Shown: positions 9,405 through 20,097, counted from the first letter of the stretch. The stretch is DNA of 64,000 bases from Patescibacteria group bacterium (GCA_049325535.1 JBMOKY010000001.1:685942-749941); one strand, 5' to 3'. Program-made: numbers and translations. The notes: a model not told the origin generated them from the sequence alone.

Positions 9405-10148
9405 TTATTTTTCTTTTTTCGGCTCTACCGCTGGCGTAGCCTCAGCAGCACCCGCTTCACCAGCTTCTCCTTCTTTGGCCTCGCCTACCTTCTCGACGGC
9501 AGCGACATCCGCCGTAGCCGGCTGATCTTCCAGCGCCTTCAATTCTTCCTCAGTCCGCGGTTTCTGCACGGTGGAAACAAGCGCCTCTGACTCATTGGTT
9601 ATGGTGATACCTTCGGGAAGTGGAATATTTGCGACGCGAATAACGTCGTCAAATGACTTGAGGACGCTAATATCGATATCAATATATTGCACCAAATGCT
9701 GCGGCAGACATTCCACCTCGACAGACGAGAGCGCCTTGACCAGCACGCCGCCATCTTCCTTGACCGCTTTGGATTCGCCGACAAAGCGCAGCTCGACTTC
9801 AGCCGTCGTTTTTTTCGTCATGTCAACTTCATAAAAGTCGACATGGACAGGCCGGTGCGTAACCGGGTCGCGCTGCACCTCATGGATGAGCACCATCGCT
9901 GGTTTGCCACCCTCGAGCGTCAGATTAACCAAGCTGCTGTGCCCGGCTTTTTTGTACAATTGCAAAAAATCGCGAACATCAATACTGATCGACGTGGTCG
10001 TGCGTTTCGGGCCATAGAGAACAGCGGGCAACCGGCCCTCACGACGCATATGTTTGACTCGCACTCCCGTAACCTCCCGCGGGTGTGCCGCTAACGATAA
10101 TTGGTCCATATAAATGGGTACTAGGTACTCCGGCTGAGCCGGATACAC
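9405..10148 (-). CDS. rplY: 50S ribosomal protein L25 / general stress protein Ctc form
   Basis: RREGRLPAVLYG...ISIDVRDF...VHVDF is the L25 beta-barrel signature. The C-terminal tail is rich in Ala, Glu and Lys. The true start may be the internal Met at about 10109. Confidence 0.78.
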   Translation of the reverse strand: MYPAQPEYLVPIYMDQLSLAAHPREVTGVRVKHMRREGRLPAVLYGPKRTTTSISIDVRDFLQLYKKAGHSSLVNLTLEGGKPAMVLIHEVQRDPVTHRPVHVDFYEVDMTKKTTAEVELRFVGESKAVKEDGGVLVKALSSVEVECLPQHLVQYIDIDISVLKSFDDVIRVANIPLPEGITITNESEALVSTVQKPRTEEELKALEDQPATADVAAVEKVGEAKEGEAGEAGAAEATPAVEPKKEK

Positions 10149-10238
10149 GGTTAAATTAATGGGATATACGACAATGAAGCTCCAGTGGGGCTACTGTACC
10201 TCGGTATAGCAAAGAAACCCTGCTGGTATCGTAGTGCT

Positions 10239-10574
10239 CTAGATACTATCAAGAAGTTCACCAGTATGCAAGTGGCTAGAAATGGCCAGTACATCATCAG
10301 CTGAAATCGAAGATTCGCGGAATAATCTGACCACATCACCTTCCGAAAGGTCGGTAACCAGACCGACCGACCCCATCCCCAATTCATGGATCAGCACCAA
10401 AAGTACCATGCCGGTATGACAACGGGGGCACTGCGCATGCAGCAGCTGGGCGTGGCCGCTTTCGCCAAGCAAACGAATGCGCTGCGGCACAAAAGCAGCA
10501 TCACACAGCTGACAAGTAGGTATCAGCTGGGCGGCCGTCACCCGTGGGTCGTTTTCTGATCTGGATGTATGCAT
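10239..10574 (-). CDS. hypothetical zinc-ribbon protein
   Basis: Two Cys pairs (CQLCDAAF ... CPRCHTG). No other motif. The overlapping ORF 10151..10387 was rejected. Confidence 0.35.
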   Translation of the reverse strand: MHTSRSENDPRVTAAQLIPTCQLCDAAFVPQRIRLLGESGHAQLLHAQCPRCHTGMVLLVLIHELGMGSVGLVTDLSEGDVVRLFRESSISADDVLAISSHLHTGELLDSI

Positions 10575-10655
10575 GTACGTTTGTTAATCCAAGAACTGCT
10601 CCCTAATCACCACGTACTAGTATAGCAAAAAAATGCGATTCAGTCAATCTGCTTT

Positions 10656-11780
10656 TTAAAACTTTGAGCGCGCCTCAGGAGCGGAATTATGGATATGGAC
10701 GCTTTGCACCAGCCCTACCAGTATCAAACTCGCCACAAGCGAACTTCCCCCATAACTGACAAACGGAAGTGGCACCCCGGCTATGGGAAGCAGCCCCACA
10801 TTCATGCCAATATTCATGACGGCTTGGGCGCAAAAGTAAATGACCGTACCCATCACCATGAAAAGGCCAAAATCATCCCGCGCCCGCCGCGCGATGCCGA
10901 CCAGACGATAGACGAGCACCACGAAGAGCACGATAATCAGCCCCGAACCAATCAGCCCGAGCTGCTCAGCAATAACCGCGTAGATAAAGTCCGTTTCCTG
11001 TACCGGTAAAAAATTCAGCCTGCTCTGCGGCCCGAGGGCCAGTCCGCGGCCAAACAGATTGCCCGAACCCACGGCGATGATTGATTGCTTTATATTGTAC
11101 CCGCTGCCATAGGGATCACGATCCGGCTGGAGAAATGTCAAAATACGCTCTTTTTGATAATCGCGAAGCACAAATTGCCAACCAAGCACGCTCATAATCA
11201 CCAATCCAACAAGCAGCCACACCAAAAACTTCCGCGGCATTCGGATGATACCGAGCAATCCCAGGGTGATAGAACCAATGATAAATGCCGAACCAAAATC
11301 CGGCTGGATGAGCACCAGGCCAATCAGCACCCCGACCAATCCCAGTAATTGCACCAGATGCTGAAGCCGGTGTATTTCACCACGCCAGTCATAGAGTAGT
11401 TTTGCCAGTACGATGATGACGAAAATTTTGACCAGTTCTACGGGCTGAAATCCCAAATCCCCCACCAGCATAAACCATCCCTTGGTGCCGCGGATGGTTG
11501 TGCCGAAAGCGAGCACCCCGACCAGCAGGGCGGTGGACAGTCCGAATAACACCCAGCTCCAGCCACGAATTTGCCGATAATCGATGGCGAGTACAAAAAT
11601 CATGAACGCCATACCGACGACGAAGAAAATTGCCTGCCGAATGACCAGGGCATAGTCGGGTTCATCGGCAGTCACTTCCACGCTGTAGATGCCGACCATA
11701 CCAATGACGACTAAAAAAAGGACCACGATGAGCAGTGGCCAATCTGCTTTTGCTAATGCATGAAAAAATTTCTGAAGCAT
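10656..11780 (-). CDS. ftsW: SEDS-family peptidoglycan glycosyltransferase (FtsW/RodA)
   Basis: About 10 TM segments and the conserved GSGYNIKQSIIAVGSGNLFGRG...LPVQETDFIYAVIAEQLG block. Confidence 0.85.
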   Translation of the reverse strand: MLQKFFHALAKADWPLLIVVLFLVVIGMVGIYSVEVTADEPDYALVIRQAIFFVVGMAFMIFVLAIDYRQIRGWSWVLFGLSTALLVGVLAFGTTIRGTKGWFMLVGDLGFQPVELVKIFVIIVLAKLLYDWRGEIHRLQHLVQLLGLVGVLIGLVLIQPDFGSAFIIGSITLGLLGIIRMPRKFLVWLLVGLVIMSVLGWQFVLRDYQKERILTFLQPDRDPYGSGYNIKQSIIAVGSGNLFGRGLALGPQSRLNFLPVQETDFIYAVIAEQLGLIGSGLIIVLFVVLVYRLVGIARRARDDFGLFMVMGTVIYFCAQAVMNIGMNVGLLPIAGVPLPFVSYGGSSLVASLILVGLVQSVHIHNSAPEARSKF

Positions 11781-11801
11781 GCGGCGGGCGAGATACGATG
11801 A

Positions 11802-12623
11802 TTATCGAATAATGTTGCTGCTGTCCCGCAAATTCAGATCAGGGTGGATGGCTACACTAGTTACGGTACCGCCCACGGCGTTCCATTTCACCGTTATCGT
11901 TTCGGTATCACTATAGGTGAATGGTTGTACATAGGCATAATTTACACCGACGATCTGATCGCCATTGTACAATAAAACAATAAATGGCACTTGATAGTAG
12001 CTCGTAAACGAATCATTGGTGATGTCGGCCTTGACTTGATGTACGATGACGTCGTTGGCATTCAGTGCCGAATACGCCACATTCTGAATATCAAAATTAA
12101 CCTCGGGTTGCCGTTGGTGATAATCGATCCGTTCCCATGCTATTGATTCCACCGACAGCTGGGCGGCTATCTGCCCGCTCGTTGGACCGGCGATTCCCAG
12201 TCCAGTGAGAAAACCGGTTGATCCGGGATTGATGGTGTGGGTCAGCGGATCACTCGCCGTGCCATTGATCGTCACGGTATAGGAAACTTCAGCATACCAA
12301 TCGTCATTGACATTGGTAACCGGCATGACGATGTCATACCGCCCCACTCCGGACGGAATGACGTTGGTACTGCCCAGTTGTAAACCAGTCGGCGTCGTCC
12401 GCTGGCGGATTCCTACATAGTCCACCTGGTCCGCTGCCATCGCAGCCATCAGCCGGTGCTGTACGGGGGTGCTGACCACATAGAGAATCACGTTGGTCAC
12501 CGTAAATACGACGGCAAAAATCGCTACAGCGATAAGCACGATAATATACCACTTGCGCAGATCCTGTTTATGTGTCAGGACGAAATAATTGATTTTCAGC
12601 CACGAGGTATTTACATCAAACAT
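11802..12623 (-). CDS. membrane-anchored hypothetical protein, probably co-operonic with the SEDS gene
   Basis: Single N-terminal TM segment (WYIIVLIAVAIFAVVFTV) and a Thr/Asn/Val-rich extracytoplasmic domain. Its stop is 22 nt before the ftsW/rodA start. Confidence 0.5.
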   Translation of the reverse strand: MFDVNTSWLKINYFVLTHKQDLRKWYIIVLIAVAIFAVVFTVTNVILYVVSTPVQHRLMAAMAADQVDYVGIRQRTTPTGLQLGSTNVIPSGVGRYDIVMPVTNVNDDWYAEVSYTVTINGTASDPLTHTINPGSTGFLTGLGIAGPTSGQIAAQLSVESIAWERIDYHQRQPEVNFDIQNVAYSALNANDVIVHQVKADITNDSFTSYYQVPFIVLLYNGDQIVGVNYAYVQPFTYSDTETITVKWNAVGGTVTSVAIHPDLNLRDSSNIIR

Positions 12624-12711
12624 ATATATTGTATTGTATCACAGCTATCCCCTGTTTGAGAACGCTTGCCCGGCGAACCTCCTGCTGGTATACTATAGCC
12701 ATCTTATATAC

Positions 12712-13059
12712 ATGTATGCGCCTATGTTTGAAACGAGTAAAGATTTGCTCTATTGGGTATTGGCAGTCAGCATCAGTTTGCTGACGGTTTTCCTTATCTG
12801 GGGCATGTATTATATCATCATGCTGCTCAAACGAGCCTACCTGATGGTTCGGGAAGTAAGCGAACTGATTGAAAGCGTCAAGGAAAAATTGGATCGACTG
12901 GAGCAGTTGTTTGACGCGATCGAAGAGAAGCTCAAACACTCTGCTTCATACATTCCGCTGATCGTGAAGGGGGTCACGGAAATACTCGACTTCATCAAGG
13001 TCAAACGCGCCGACCGGGCAAACCGCAAAACAAAAAAATCGACTGCCGCAGAACAATAA
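12712..13059 (+). CDS. small membrane protein with C-terminal coiled coil (hypothetical)
   Basis: TM helix WVLAVSISLLTVFLIWGMYYIIML, then a heptad-like EVSELIESVKEKLDRLEQLFDAIEEKLK. Upstream TTGCCC-N17-TATACT. Start chosen at the Met after that promoter. The ORF track starts at 12589. Confidence 0.45.
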   Translation: MYAPMFETSKDLLYWVLAVSISLLTVFLIWGMYYIIMLLKRAYLMVREVSELIESVKEKLDRLEQLFDAIEEKLKHSASYIPLIVKGVTEILDFIKVKRADRANRKTKKSTAAEQ

Positions 13060-13084
13060 TCCCCCTGATGCGAGACGACCCCGT

Positions 13085-16000
13085 ATGCCGGACTTCATCC
13101 ACCTCCACGTCCATAGTCATTATAGTCTCTTGGATGGCCTATCAAAAGTTGACGAACTCGTCGCCCAGGCCGTAGCAGAACATATGCCCGCGCTCGCCCT
13201 GACTGACCACGGGGTGATGTATGGTGCTATCGATTTTTACCAGCAAGCCACCAAGGCCGGCATCAAGCCTATCATTGGTGTAGAGGCGTATGTGGCCCGC
13301 AATGGTCACACCCAAAAAAGAGCAAAAATTGACGAACGACCCTACCATTTAGTCCTCTTGGCAAAAAACCTCCAAGGCTACAAAAATCTCGTCCGGCTGA
13401 CGACTAAAGCGCATCTGGATGGCTACTATTACAAACCACGCATCGATCTCGACCTCCTGCGGGAATACCATGAAGGGTTGATTGGGTTGAGTGCATGCCT
13501 CCAGGGTATGGTGGCTCAACCAATCATCGCCGGTGACATGGATCAGGCTGCACGCCACGCCACCACGCTGGAATCGATTCTCGGCAAAGGAAATTTCTAC
13601 CTGGAGGTACAGCACCATCCCAATATTGAGTATCAACTCGAGGTCAACCAGCGCATTTTTGAACTGGGCGCCAAGCTGGACATTCCGGTCGTCGCCACAA
13701 ACGACGTGCACTACACAAAAGCTGACGATGACCAGTATCAGGACATTCTCCTGTGCATCCAGACGAAAAAAAAGCAAAATGACCCCAACCGGCTCAATTT
13801 AATGGGGGAAAATTTGTCATTTCGCAGCGGGTCGGAGATGGCGGAAGCGTTTGCCGACCACCCCGAGGTCATCAGTAATACCAGCCGTATCGCCGATGTG
13901 TGCAATCTGACGCTGCCTTTGGGCGAAATCCAACTCCCCCATTTTCCAGTACCGGATGGGCAGTCCGCCGATGCATATCTGCGCCACATCTGCGAAGCGG
14001 GCATCGGCAAACGCTACCCGAACCGAGCCAATGATCCTGAAGTGCTCGATCGGCTCGAATACGAACTGAATGTCATCGCAAAAACCGGTTTCGCTTCATA
14101 TTTCCTCATCGTCCAGGATTTCGTCAACTGGGCGAAACGTGAAGGTATCGTGGTCGGCCCGGGCCGCGGCTCTGCTGCCGGGAGTTTAGTGTCGTACGTC
14201 ACCAATATCACCAATATCGATCCGCTGAAGTACAATCTGCTATTTGAGCGGTTCCTCAATCCGGAACGCATCAGCATGCCTGATATTGACCTTGATTTCG
14301 CTGACGCACGGAGGGATGAAGTCATCCGCTATGTCGAGCGCAAATACGGCAAAGACCACGTGGCCCAGATCATTACCTTCGGCACCATGGCTGCCCGGGC
14401 AGCAGTGCGGGATGCCGGACGGGTGCTGGACATCACCTATGCCTACTGCGACAAAATTGCCAAACTGATCCCGATGTTCACCACCATCGATGGCGCGCTG
14501 ACCCAAGTTCCTGAATTCAAAGAATTATACGCCAACGATCCCGATGCAAAAAAAGTAATCGACGCGGCGCGTAAGCTTGAAGGCGTCGCCCGCCACGCCT
14601 CAACCCACGCCTGTGGTGTCGTCATCACCAAAGAACCGCTCGACCACTATGTACCAGTTCAATACTCACCCACCCAAGGCGAGGAAAGCATCATCACCCA
14701 GTACGACCTCTACGCCGTCGAGGCGCTGGGGCTGCTGAAAATGGATTTTCTTGGCCTGAAAAATCTGACCATTCTCGAACAAACACTGGATATCATTCAC
14801 AAAGCCCGCGGCATCAATATGGACATCGATGCGCTGCCGCTCGAAGACACACAAACCTTCCGGCTGCTGCAGCGCGGCGAAACCACCGGCGTATTCCAGC
14901 TCGAGTCCTCCGGCATGAAGCGCTACCTCAAACAACTTCGCCCTACTGAATTTGAGGATATCATCGCTATGGTCGCCCTCTACCGACCCGGCCCGATGGA
15001 GCTCATCCCTGATTTTATCGACGGCAAACACGGTAAAAAACAAACCACGTACCTCCACCCCAAGCTCAAACCGATTCTGGAAAAGACATACGGTATCGCC
15101 GTATACCAGGAACAGGTGATGCAAATCGCCCGCGACCTGGCCGGTTTTTCCCTGGCGGAGGCGGATGTACTGCGAAAAGCCGTAGGGAAAAAAATTAAAA
15201 GCCTGCTGGATGAGCAGCGTGACAAGCTTATTTCCGGGATGGTGGGTAATGATATTCCTCAATCGACAGCGGAACATATATGGCAATTTATCGAACCATT
15301 TGCCCGGTACGGGTTCAACCGCGCCCATGCCGCATGCTATGCGCTGATTGCCTATCAAACGGCCTTTTTCAAAGCGCACTACCCCGATGAATTTATGGCG
15401 TCGCTGCTCACCTCCGATTACGGCGACGTGGACCGTATCGCCATCGAAGTCGAAGAATGCGAACGGATGGGCATCCAGGTGCTGCCGCCGGATATCAATG
15501 AAAGCTATTCCACATTTACCGCGGTGTTTGATCCTCAAACCAAAAAACCGGAAAAGAAAATCCGGTTTGGCCTCTTGGCCATAAAAAATGTCGGGTATAA
15601 TGTCGTGAAAACCATCATCAAAGAACGAAAAGACCACGGCCCGTATCAAAACCTGGAAGACTTTCTCACCCGAGTGCAAACGAAGGACTTAAACAAAAAA
15701 TCCCTGGAAAGTCTTATCAAAACCGGGGCGCTCAGCAGATTTGGTGAACAAAACCAACTACTGCATAATCTCGACTCTCTGCTCACCATGGCACGCTCAG
15801 CAGAACAGGAAGCGAACAATAACCAGATCAATTTGTTTGGTACCCTGCCCACTCAGCACAGCCCAAAACTCCGGCTCAAACCAGTGCCCGAGGCGACAAA
15901 AAAGCAGCGACTGAGCTGGGAAAAAGAACTGCTCGGATTGTTTATTTCCGAGCACCCGCTGGCCGAATATACTGAAGCGCTCGCGGCTATCGCCCAACCG

Positions 16001-16558
16001 ATCAAAGAGGTTCTCCAAGCGAAAACCCGCGGTCAGGTGACGGTGGCTGGCGTTATTACCGGTGTGCAAAAAAAAGTGACGCGGGCCGGGCAAACGATGG
16101 CCTTCGTCAAAATCGAAGACATGAGCGGACGGCTGGAAGTTATCGTTTTCCCCTCCAAACTCCAGGATACCCCCTCACTCTGGACAGAAGATGCACAAAT
16201 TCTCATTCGTGGTAAAATCTCTGATAAGGACGGGGTGTCAAAACTGATGTGCGATGAAGCGAAATTGCTCGATCTGGACGCCCTGCTGCCCGCCCCCGCT
16301 GGCGTCGTCTCCGCACCTACCCCATCAGACTGGGGCACGATATCCCTCAATCTGCCAGCGGACACCTCCAAAGACACCTTTAGCAAACTGAAAGAATTAT
16401 TGACTCGCCACCCGGGCGGATACCAAGTATTCCTGCACATCCACACTGCCGACCAGCCCCGCGATATAAAAACATCCTCACACATCAGCCGGGAATCGGT
16501 CAGTCTGATTGGTGAACTCATCGGACCAGAAAATATTTCAATCACCGAACATCAATGA
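13085..16558 (+). CDS. dnaE: DNA polymerase III alpha subunit
   Basis: PHP domain start (HLHVHSHYSLLDG), polymerase core (GPGRGSAAGSLVSY...) and OB-fold C-terminus, 1157 aa. It ends in TGA, overlapping the next ATG. Confidence 0.95.
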   Translation: MPDFIHLHVHSHYSLLDGLSKVDELVAQAVAEHMPALALTDHGVMYGAIDFYQQATKAGIKPIIGVEAYVARNGHTQKRAKIDERPYHLVLLAKNLQGYKNLVRLTTKAHLDGYYYKPRIDLDLLREYHEGLIGLSACLQGMVAQPIIAGDMDQAARHATTLESILGKGNFYLEVQHHPNIEYQLEVNQRIFELGAKLDIPVVATNDVHYTKADDDQYQDILLCIQTKKKQNDPNRLNLMGENLSFRSGSEMAEAFADHPEVISNTSRIADVCNLTLPLGEIQLPHFPVPDGQSADAYLRHICEAGIGKRYPNRANDPEVLDRLEYELNVIAKTGFASYFLIVQDFVNWAKREGIVVGPGRGSAAGSLVSYVTNITNIDPLKYNLLFERFLNPERISMPDIDLDFADARRDEVIRYVERKYGKDHVAQIITFGTMAARAAVRDAGRVLDITYAYCDKIAKLIPMFTTIDGALTQVPEFKELYANDPDAKKVIDAARKLEGVARHASTHACGVVITKEPLDHYVPVQYSPTQGEESIITQYDLYAVEALGLLKMDFLGLKNLTILEQTLDIIHKARGINMDIDALPLEDTQTFRLLQRGETTGVFQLESSGMKRYLKQLRPTEFEDIIAMVALYRPGPMELIPDFIDGKHGKKQTTYLHPKLKPILEKTYGIAVYQEQVMQIARDLAGFSLAEADVLRKAVGKKIKSLLDEQRDKLISGMVGNDIPQSTAEHIWQFIEPFARYGFNRAHAACYALIAYQTAFFKAHYPDEFMASLLTSDYGDVDRIAIEVEECERMGIQVLPPDINESYSTFTAVFDPQTKKPEKKIRFGLLAIKNVGYNVVKTIIKERKDHGPYQNLEDFLTRVQTKDLNKKSLESLIKTGALSRFGEQNQLLHNLDSLLTMARSAEQEANNNQINLFGTLPTQHSPKLRLKPVPEATKKQRLSWEKELLGLFISEHPLAEYTEALAAIAQPIKEVLQAKTRGQVTVAGVITGVQKKVTRAGQTMAFVKIEDMSGRLEVIVFPSKLQDTPSLWTEDAQILIRGKISDKDGVSKLMCDEAKLLDLDALLPAPAGVVSAPTPSDWGTISLNLPADTSKDTFSKLKELLTRHPGGYQVFLHIHTADQPRDIKTSSHISRESVSLIGELIGPENISITEHQ

Positions 16559-17727
16559 CCAAATCAAAACTGAGCAGCATCAAAACCGCCTCAAGTTACC
16601 GCCGTTTGGTAATTGGTTTTTCAGTAGCAGTCCTGCTGATGCTGGCGCTCATTATTTACTTCTCGTTTTCTCGCACGGTGATCACCATCACACCGCAAGC
16701 GCTCCCCCAGGAAACCACGGCCACCATTTCCCTGGTTTCGGCTGATCTACTCCCGACACTGAGTGCGCCCGCGATTGAAGGAAACCTGATAGCCACCACT
16801 ATAACTAAAACGAGTCAAACAGTACTTGAAGGTGAGGGTGAACCAGTACCCGATAATGCAACGGGTACCGTCACCATTTACAATACCTGGACCCAGGTAC
16901 AGCCACTGGCTGCCACCACCCGCCTGCTCTCCCCCGATGGTATTCTTTTCCGCATCAAGGATCGGGTGGATGTACCTGCGGGCGGGTCGATCACCGACGT
17001 GGAAGTGTACGCTGACGAAGCTGGACCTCAAGGAAACATCAAGCCAACTCGGTTTACTATTCCTGGCTTGTGGGCGGGGTTGCAAGATCAAATCTACGCA
17101 GTCAGCACTGAACCGATGACCGGCGGAATGAAATCAGTCACTACGCTGACCCAACAAGACGTAGCGAACGCACGAAATGACATGATTCAGGACATGCTTA
17201 TTGAAGCGGTAGCTACTCTATCGGATAATGACGAGGTTCTCAATCGAGGCATGAGCATTGATCCGGATACGATAGCAACCACTATCCTTTCGACCACCAG
17301 CGATCCTGAAACTGGAGCCTCAGCCAGTACTTTCTCTCTGACCGTCGAAGCGCGATTTGTAGCCGCACTCTTTGATCTCGACGCGTTGACTGCTCAGCTG
17401 GTTACCCAGGCTGCCGCGACTATGCCCGAACATAATCGCATATTAGATGATCCGGCACCATCAATCAGCTATACAATTCAAGACTACAACCTCGAAGAAT
17501 CCCGCGCCGCCATCAGCGCTACGCTAACTCAATACGCCATTCCCCGTCTGGACAATCCGATTTTTGACCGGAGTAAACTCACGGGTAAAGATCGCACGGA
17601 AATTGAAGCATATTTCTCAAATTTTGATGAAATCAAATCAGTAACTACCCGCTTTTCACCGTTTTGGGTCACCACCTCCCCCAGCCTGACTGACCATATA
17701 GAAATCAAACTGACCGACCCGCAGTAA
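16555..17727 (+). CDS. membrane-anchored hypothetical protein translationally coupled to dnaE
   Basis: ATGA overlap with the dnaE stop. N-terminal TM segment (LVIGFSVAVLLMLALIIYFSF) and a Thr/Ala-rich extracytoplasmic domain. Confidence 0.6.
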   Translation: MTKSKLSSIKTASSYRRLVIGFSVAVLLMLALIIYFSFSRTVITITPQALPQETTATISLVSADLLPTLSAPAIEGNLIATTITKTSQTVLEGEGEPVPDNATGTVTIYNTWTQVQPLAATTRLLSPDGILFRIKDRVDVPAGGSITDVEVYADEAGPQGNIKPTRFTIPGLWAGLQDQIYAVSTEPMTGGMKSVTTLTQQDVANARNDMIQDMLIEAVATLSDNDEVLNRGMSIDPDTIATTILSTTSDPETGASASTFSLTVEARFVAALFDLDALTAQLVTQAAATMPEHNRILDDPAPSISYTIQDYNLEESRAAISATLTQYAIPRLDNPIFDRSKLTGKDRTEIEAYFSNFDEIKSVTTRFSPFWVTTSPSLTDHIEIKLTDPQ

Positions 17728-17892
17728 TTGACAGATGTCGCAGCTTATCGTATCGTTATACTGCTGATGATTGGTGTGGATACCGCCCACACTGGCGCAG
17801 ACGCCACCGCCTCAGCGGCTAAATCAGCATCAAATGAAGTGGCCTGCCCATGGGCAGGAATTTGGGTGGAACCGTCCAGCGAGTAATGTGGA

Positions 17893-17925
17893 CCCCAAAA
17901 CGTCTGACGTTTTGGGAATTTTTAA
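17893..17925 (+). terminator. terminator or attenuator hairpin upstream of thrS
   Basis: CCCAAAACG-UCUGA-CGUUUUGGG is a 9-bp stem followed by AAUUUUUAAAUAUA. It sits about 15 nt before the thrS ATG. Confidence 0.5.
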
Positions 17926-17935
17926 ATATACAACT

Positions 17936-19741
17936 ATGAATAAACCTACGCACCAGCATCATGACCTGCGCCACTCACTGGCACATATCTTAGCCGCCGC
18001 CGTACTCAGGATATTCCCTGAAGCAAAACTGGGCATCGGCCCGGTGATCGAGGACGGATTTTACTATGACTTTGATTTGCCGCGGCCGCTCATTCCGCAG
18101 GATTTACTGAAAATTGAAAAGGAAATGCGGAAACTTATTTCCCAGAGTTTGGGATTTGTACGGCAGGAATTATCCGTGGATGAAGCGAAGAAATTATTTG
18201 CCCAGCAGCCATATAAGCTGGAGCTGATTCGCGACTTGGCAACGAAGGGCACCACCGTTTTTGATGAGCTAGAAAACAAACCTGCCGATAAACCATCCGC
18301 AACTATTACTGCATATACGACCGGCAAATTCGTTGACTTGTGCCGCGGTGGCCACCTCGATTCCACTAAACTGATCAAAGCCGACGCATTCAAGCTGACG
18401 CGGATTGCCGGCGCGTACTGGCGTGGGGATGAAAAAAATCCCATGCTTCAGCGCATTTATGGTGTGGCATTTCCGAACAAAAAAGAACTGGATGACTATC
18501 GAGCGCTGCAGGAAGAAATGAAAAAGCGTGACCATCGTAAGCTCGGCAGTGAACTGGACCTATTCTTCTTTTCCGACCTCGTCGGTAAGGGGTTGCCACT
18601 CTTGACTCCGCACGGCAGTATCATCCGGCGCGAACTGGAACGGTTTACCGTCGATGAAGAAATTAAAAATGGCTACCAACACATTTACACTCCCCCGCTG
18701 GCAAAAACTGATCTCTATAAAAAATCAGGACATTACCCCTACTACAAAGACACCATGTACCCGGTGATGCAGGTGGATGAAGATGAGCTCATCTTACGCC
18801 CGATGACCTGCCCTCACCATTTCATGGAATACCAGGCCAAACCTCGCAGCTACCGCGAGCTGCCAATGAAACTTGCAGAGATCTCGCCCCAATTTCGCTA
18901 TGAAAAAAGCGGCGAACTCTCCGGCCTGATGCGAGTTCGCATGTTTACCCTGGCTGATGCCCATATCTTCTGCGCTCCTGACCAAGCATCTCGGGAGGTA
19001 GCACAGGTACTCAGACTGATCGACGCGATGAATGGAAAGCTCGGTCTCAAACGCGGCCGTGACTACATCTACCGACTGTCGCTTGGGGATCGGAATGATT
19101 CGAAGAAATACTATAAGGATGATACGGCGTGGGAAAATGCCGAGGGCGTACTCCGCGCAGTACTGAAAAAATCAAAGGCGCCTTACTACGAAGCAGCGGG
19201 CGAGGCTGCGTTCTACGGACCTAAAATTGACGTGCAGATGAAAAAAATAAATGGCCAAGAAGACACTGCGTTTACCGTTCAATATGATTTTGTACTGCCC
19301 AAACGATTTGCCCTGACCTACACCGATGCAACCGGCACTGATCAACAACCCGTGGTCATCCATCGCGCTTCAATTGGCTGTCTGGAACGCACCATCGCCT
19401 TCCTCATCGAGCACTATGCCGGCGCGCTGCCCATATGGCTTTCCCCCATCCAGGTAGCGGTTATTCCCGTGGGTAAATCCCACCGAGTGTTTGCGGCGAA
19501 ACTCCACAAACAATTTATAACCGCGGGCATCCGTGCTGAGCTGGCAGGTCCACATGAAACAGTCGGGTATAACATCCGCCAAGCGGAAAAACGGAAAGTA
19601 CCCTATATGCTGGTCATCGGCGATAAAGAAAAAAATAGCACCCGACTGCATGTGCGAATCCGCGGCAAAAAAACTATTCACACAATGACTGCAAAACGGT
19701 TTGTCGAGCGCGTATTGACCGAGATTACAGAAAAAAAATAG
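17936..19741 (+). CDS. thrS: threonyl-tRNA synthetase
   Basis: N2/editing-domain HxxxH, class-II core (RDHRKLG..., MTCPHH, ...GP.ETVGY...) and anticodon-binding C-terminus. The ORF track extends in-frame upstream to 17771. The ATG at 17936 is preferred. Confidence 0.9.
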   Translation: MNKPTHQHHDLRHSLAHILAAAVLRIFPEAKLGIGPVIEDGFYYDFDLPRPLIPQDLLKIEKEMRKLISQSLGFVRQELSVDEAKKLFAQQPYKLELIRDLATKGTTVFDELENKPADKPSATITAYTTGKFVDLCRGGHLDSTKLIKADAFKLTRIAGAYWRGDEKNPMLQRIYGVAFPNKKELDDYRALQEEMKKRDHRKLGSELDLFFFSDLVGKGLPLLTPHGSIIRRELERFTVDEEIKNGYQHIYTPPLAKTDLYKKSGHYPYYKDTMYPVMQVDEDELILRPMTCPHHFMEYQAKPRSYRELPMKLAEISPQFRYEKSGELSGLMRVRMFTLADAHIFCAPDQASREVAQVLRLIDAMNGKLGLKRGRDYIYRLSLGDRNDSKKYYKDDTAWENAEGVLRAVLKKSKAPYYEAAGEAAFYGPKIDVQMKKINGQEDTAFTVQYDFVLPKRFALTYTDATGTDQQPVVIHRASIGCLERTIAFLIEHYAGALPIWLSPIQVAVIPVGKSHRVFAAKLHKQFITAGIRAELAGPHETVGYNIRQAEKRKVPYMLVIGDKEKNSTRLHVRIRGKKTIHTMTAKRFVERVLTEITEKK

Positions 19742-19772
19742 GCCACAGTTTTTTTAGTATACTGTGGCCCCT

Positions 19773-20048
19773 GGGGCAGTCGGGCAATCGACGGGAACAA
19801 ATATTGGTGCAGCGACGTGTCGCTGATTCACACGACCATCGGTCGTCGATCGTGGGTGCGCCGGAGCGCTCCCAGTAATGATGACAGTTGATGGTGCTGG
19901 AACACCGTAATGCGGGGGGGGTCCCTGAGGACCGCCGGACGGTGCCAATGAATATCGGCGCTTGTTGTGTGTCCACCGGAGTGGACGTCGGGTACATCGA
20001 GAGATGCGCAGACGCCGAAACGTCGAATTGGGATTGCTCCCAGTACCA
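19773..20048 (+). ncRNA. ssrA: candidate tmRNA (ssrA); structured GC-rich RNA in the thrS-downstream gap
   Basis: The 5' end GGGGCAGUCGGGCAAUCGACGGG matches the tmRNA consensus GGGGcuGauucuGGAUUCGACGGG. The 5' GGGGCAG can pair with a 3' UUGCUCC (G3:U70 wobble) at 20034..20040, followed by C-AGUACCA. The 435-nt gap is GC-rich with many hairpins, and the only ORF (19754..20107, minus) is implausible. The T-arm is non-canonical and no clear tag ORF was identified. Confidence 0.3.
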
Positions 20049-20097
20049 TTACTGTTTCCAGTAGCGGTAGTGACTATGGTAACACAACAAAAAAACA

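Noticed and set aside
14666-15679. Long antisense ORFs opposite confirmed genes: 14666..15679 in dnaE, 52412..53206 in the DEAD-box gene, 31231..32169, 48212..48823, 29375..30328, 6003..6650 and 19754..20107
   Set aside because: Their compositions are rich in Arg, Gly, His, Asp and Leu or are low-complexity. They have no SD. They fully overlap genes with strong motif support. They are the usual by-product of about 55% GC.
19773-20065. Minus-strand orientation for the tmRNA-like element (GGGAGCAAUCCCAAUUCGACG reads tmRNA-like as well)
   Set aside because: The minus-strand 5' and 3' ends cannot form an acceptor stem. The plus-strand version gives a 7-bp stem with G3:U70.
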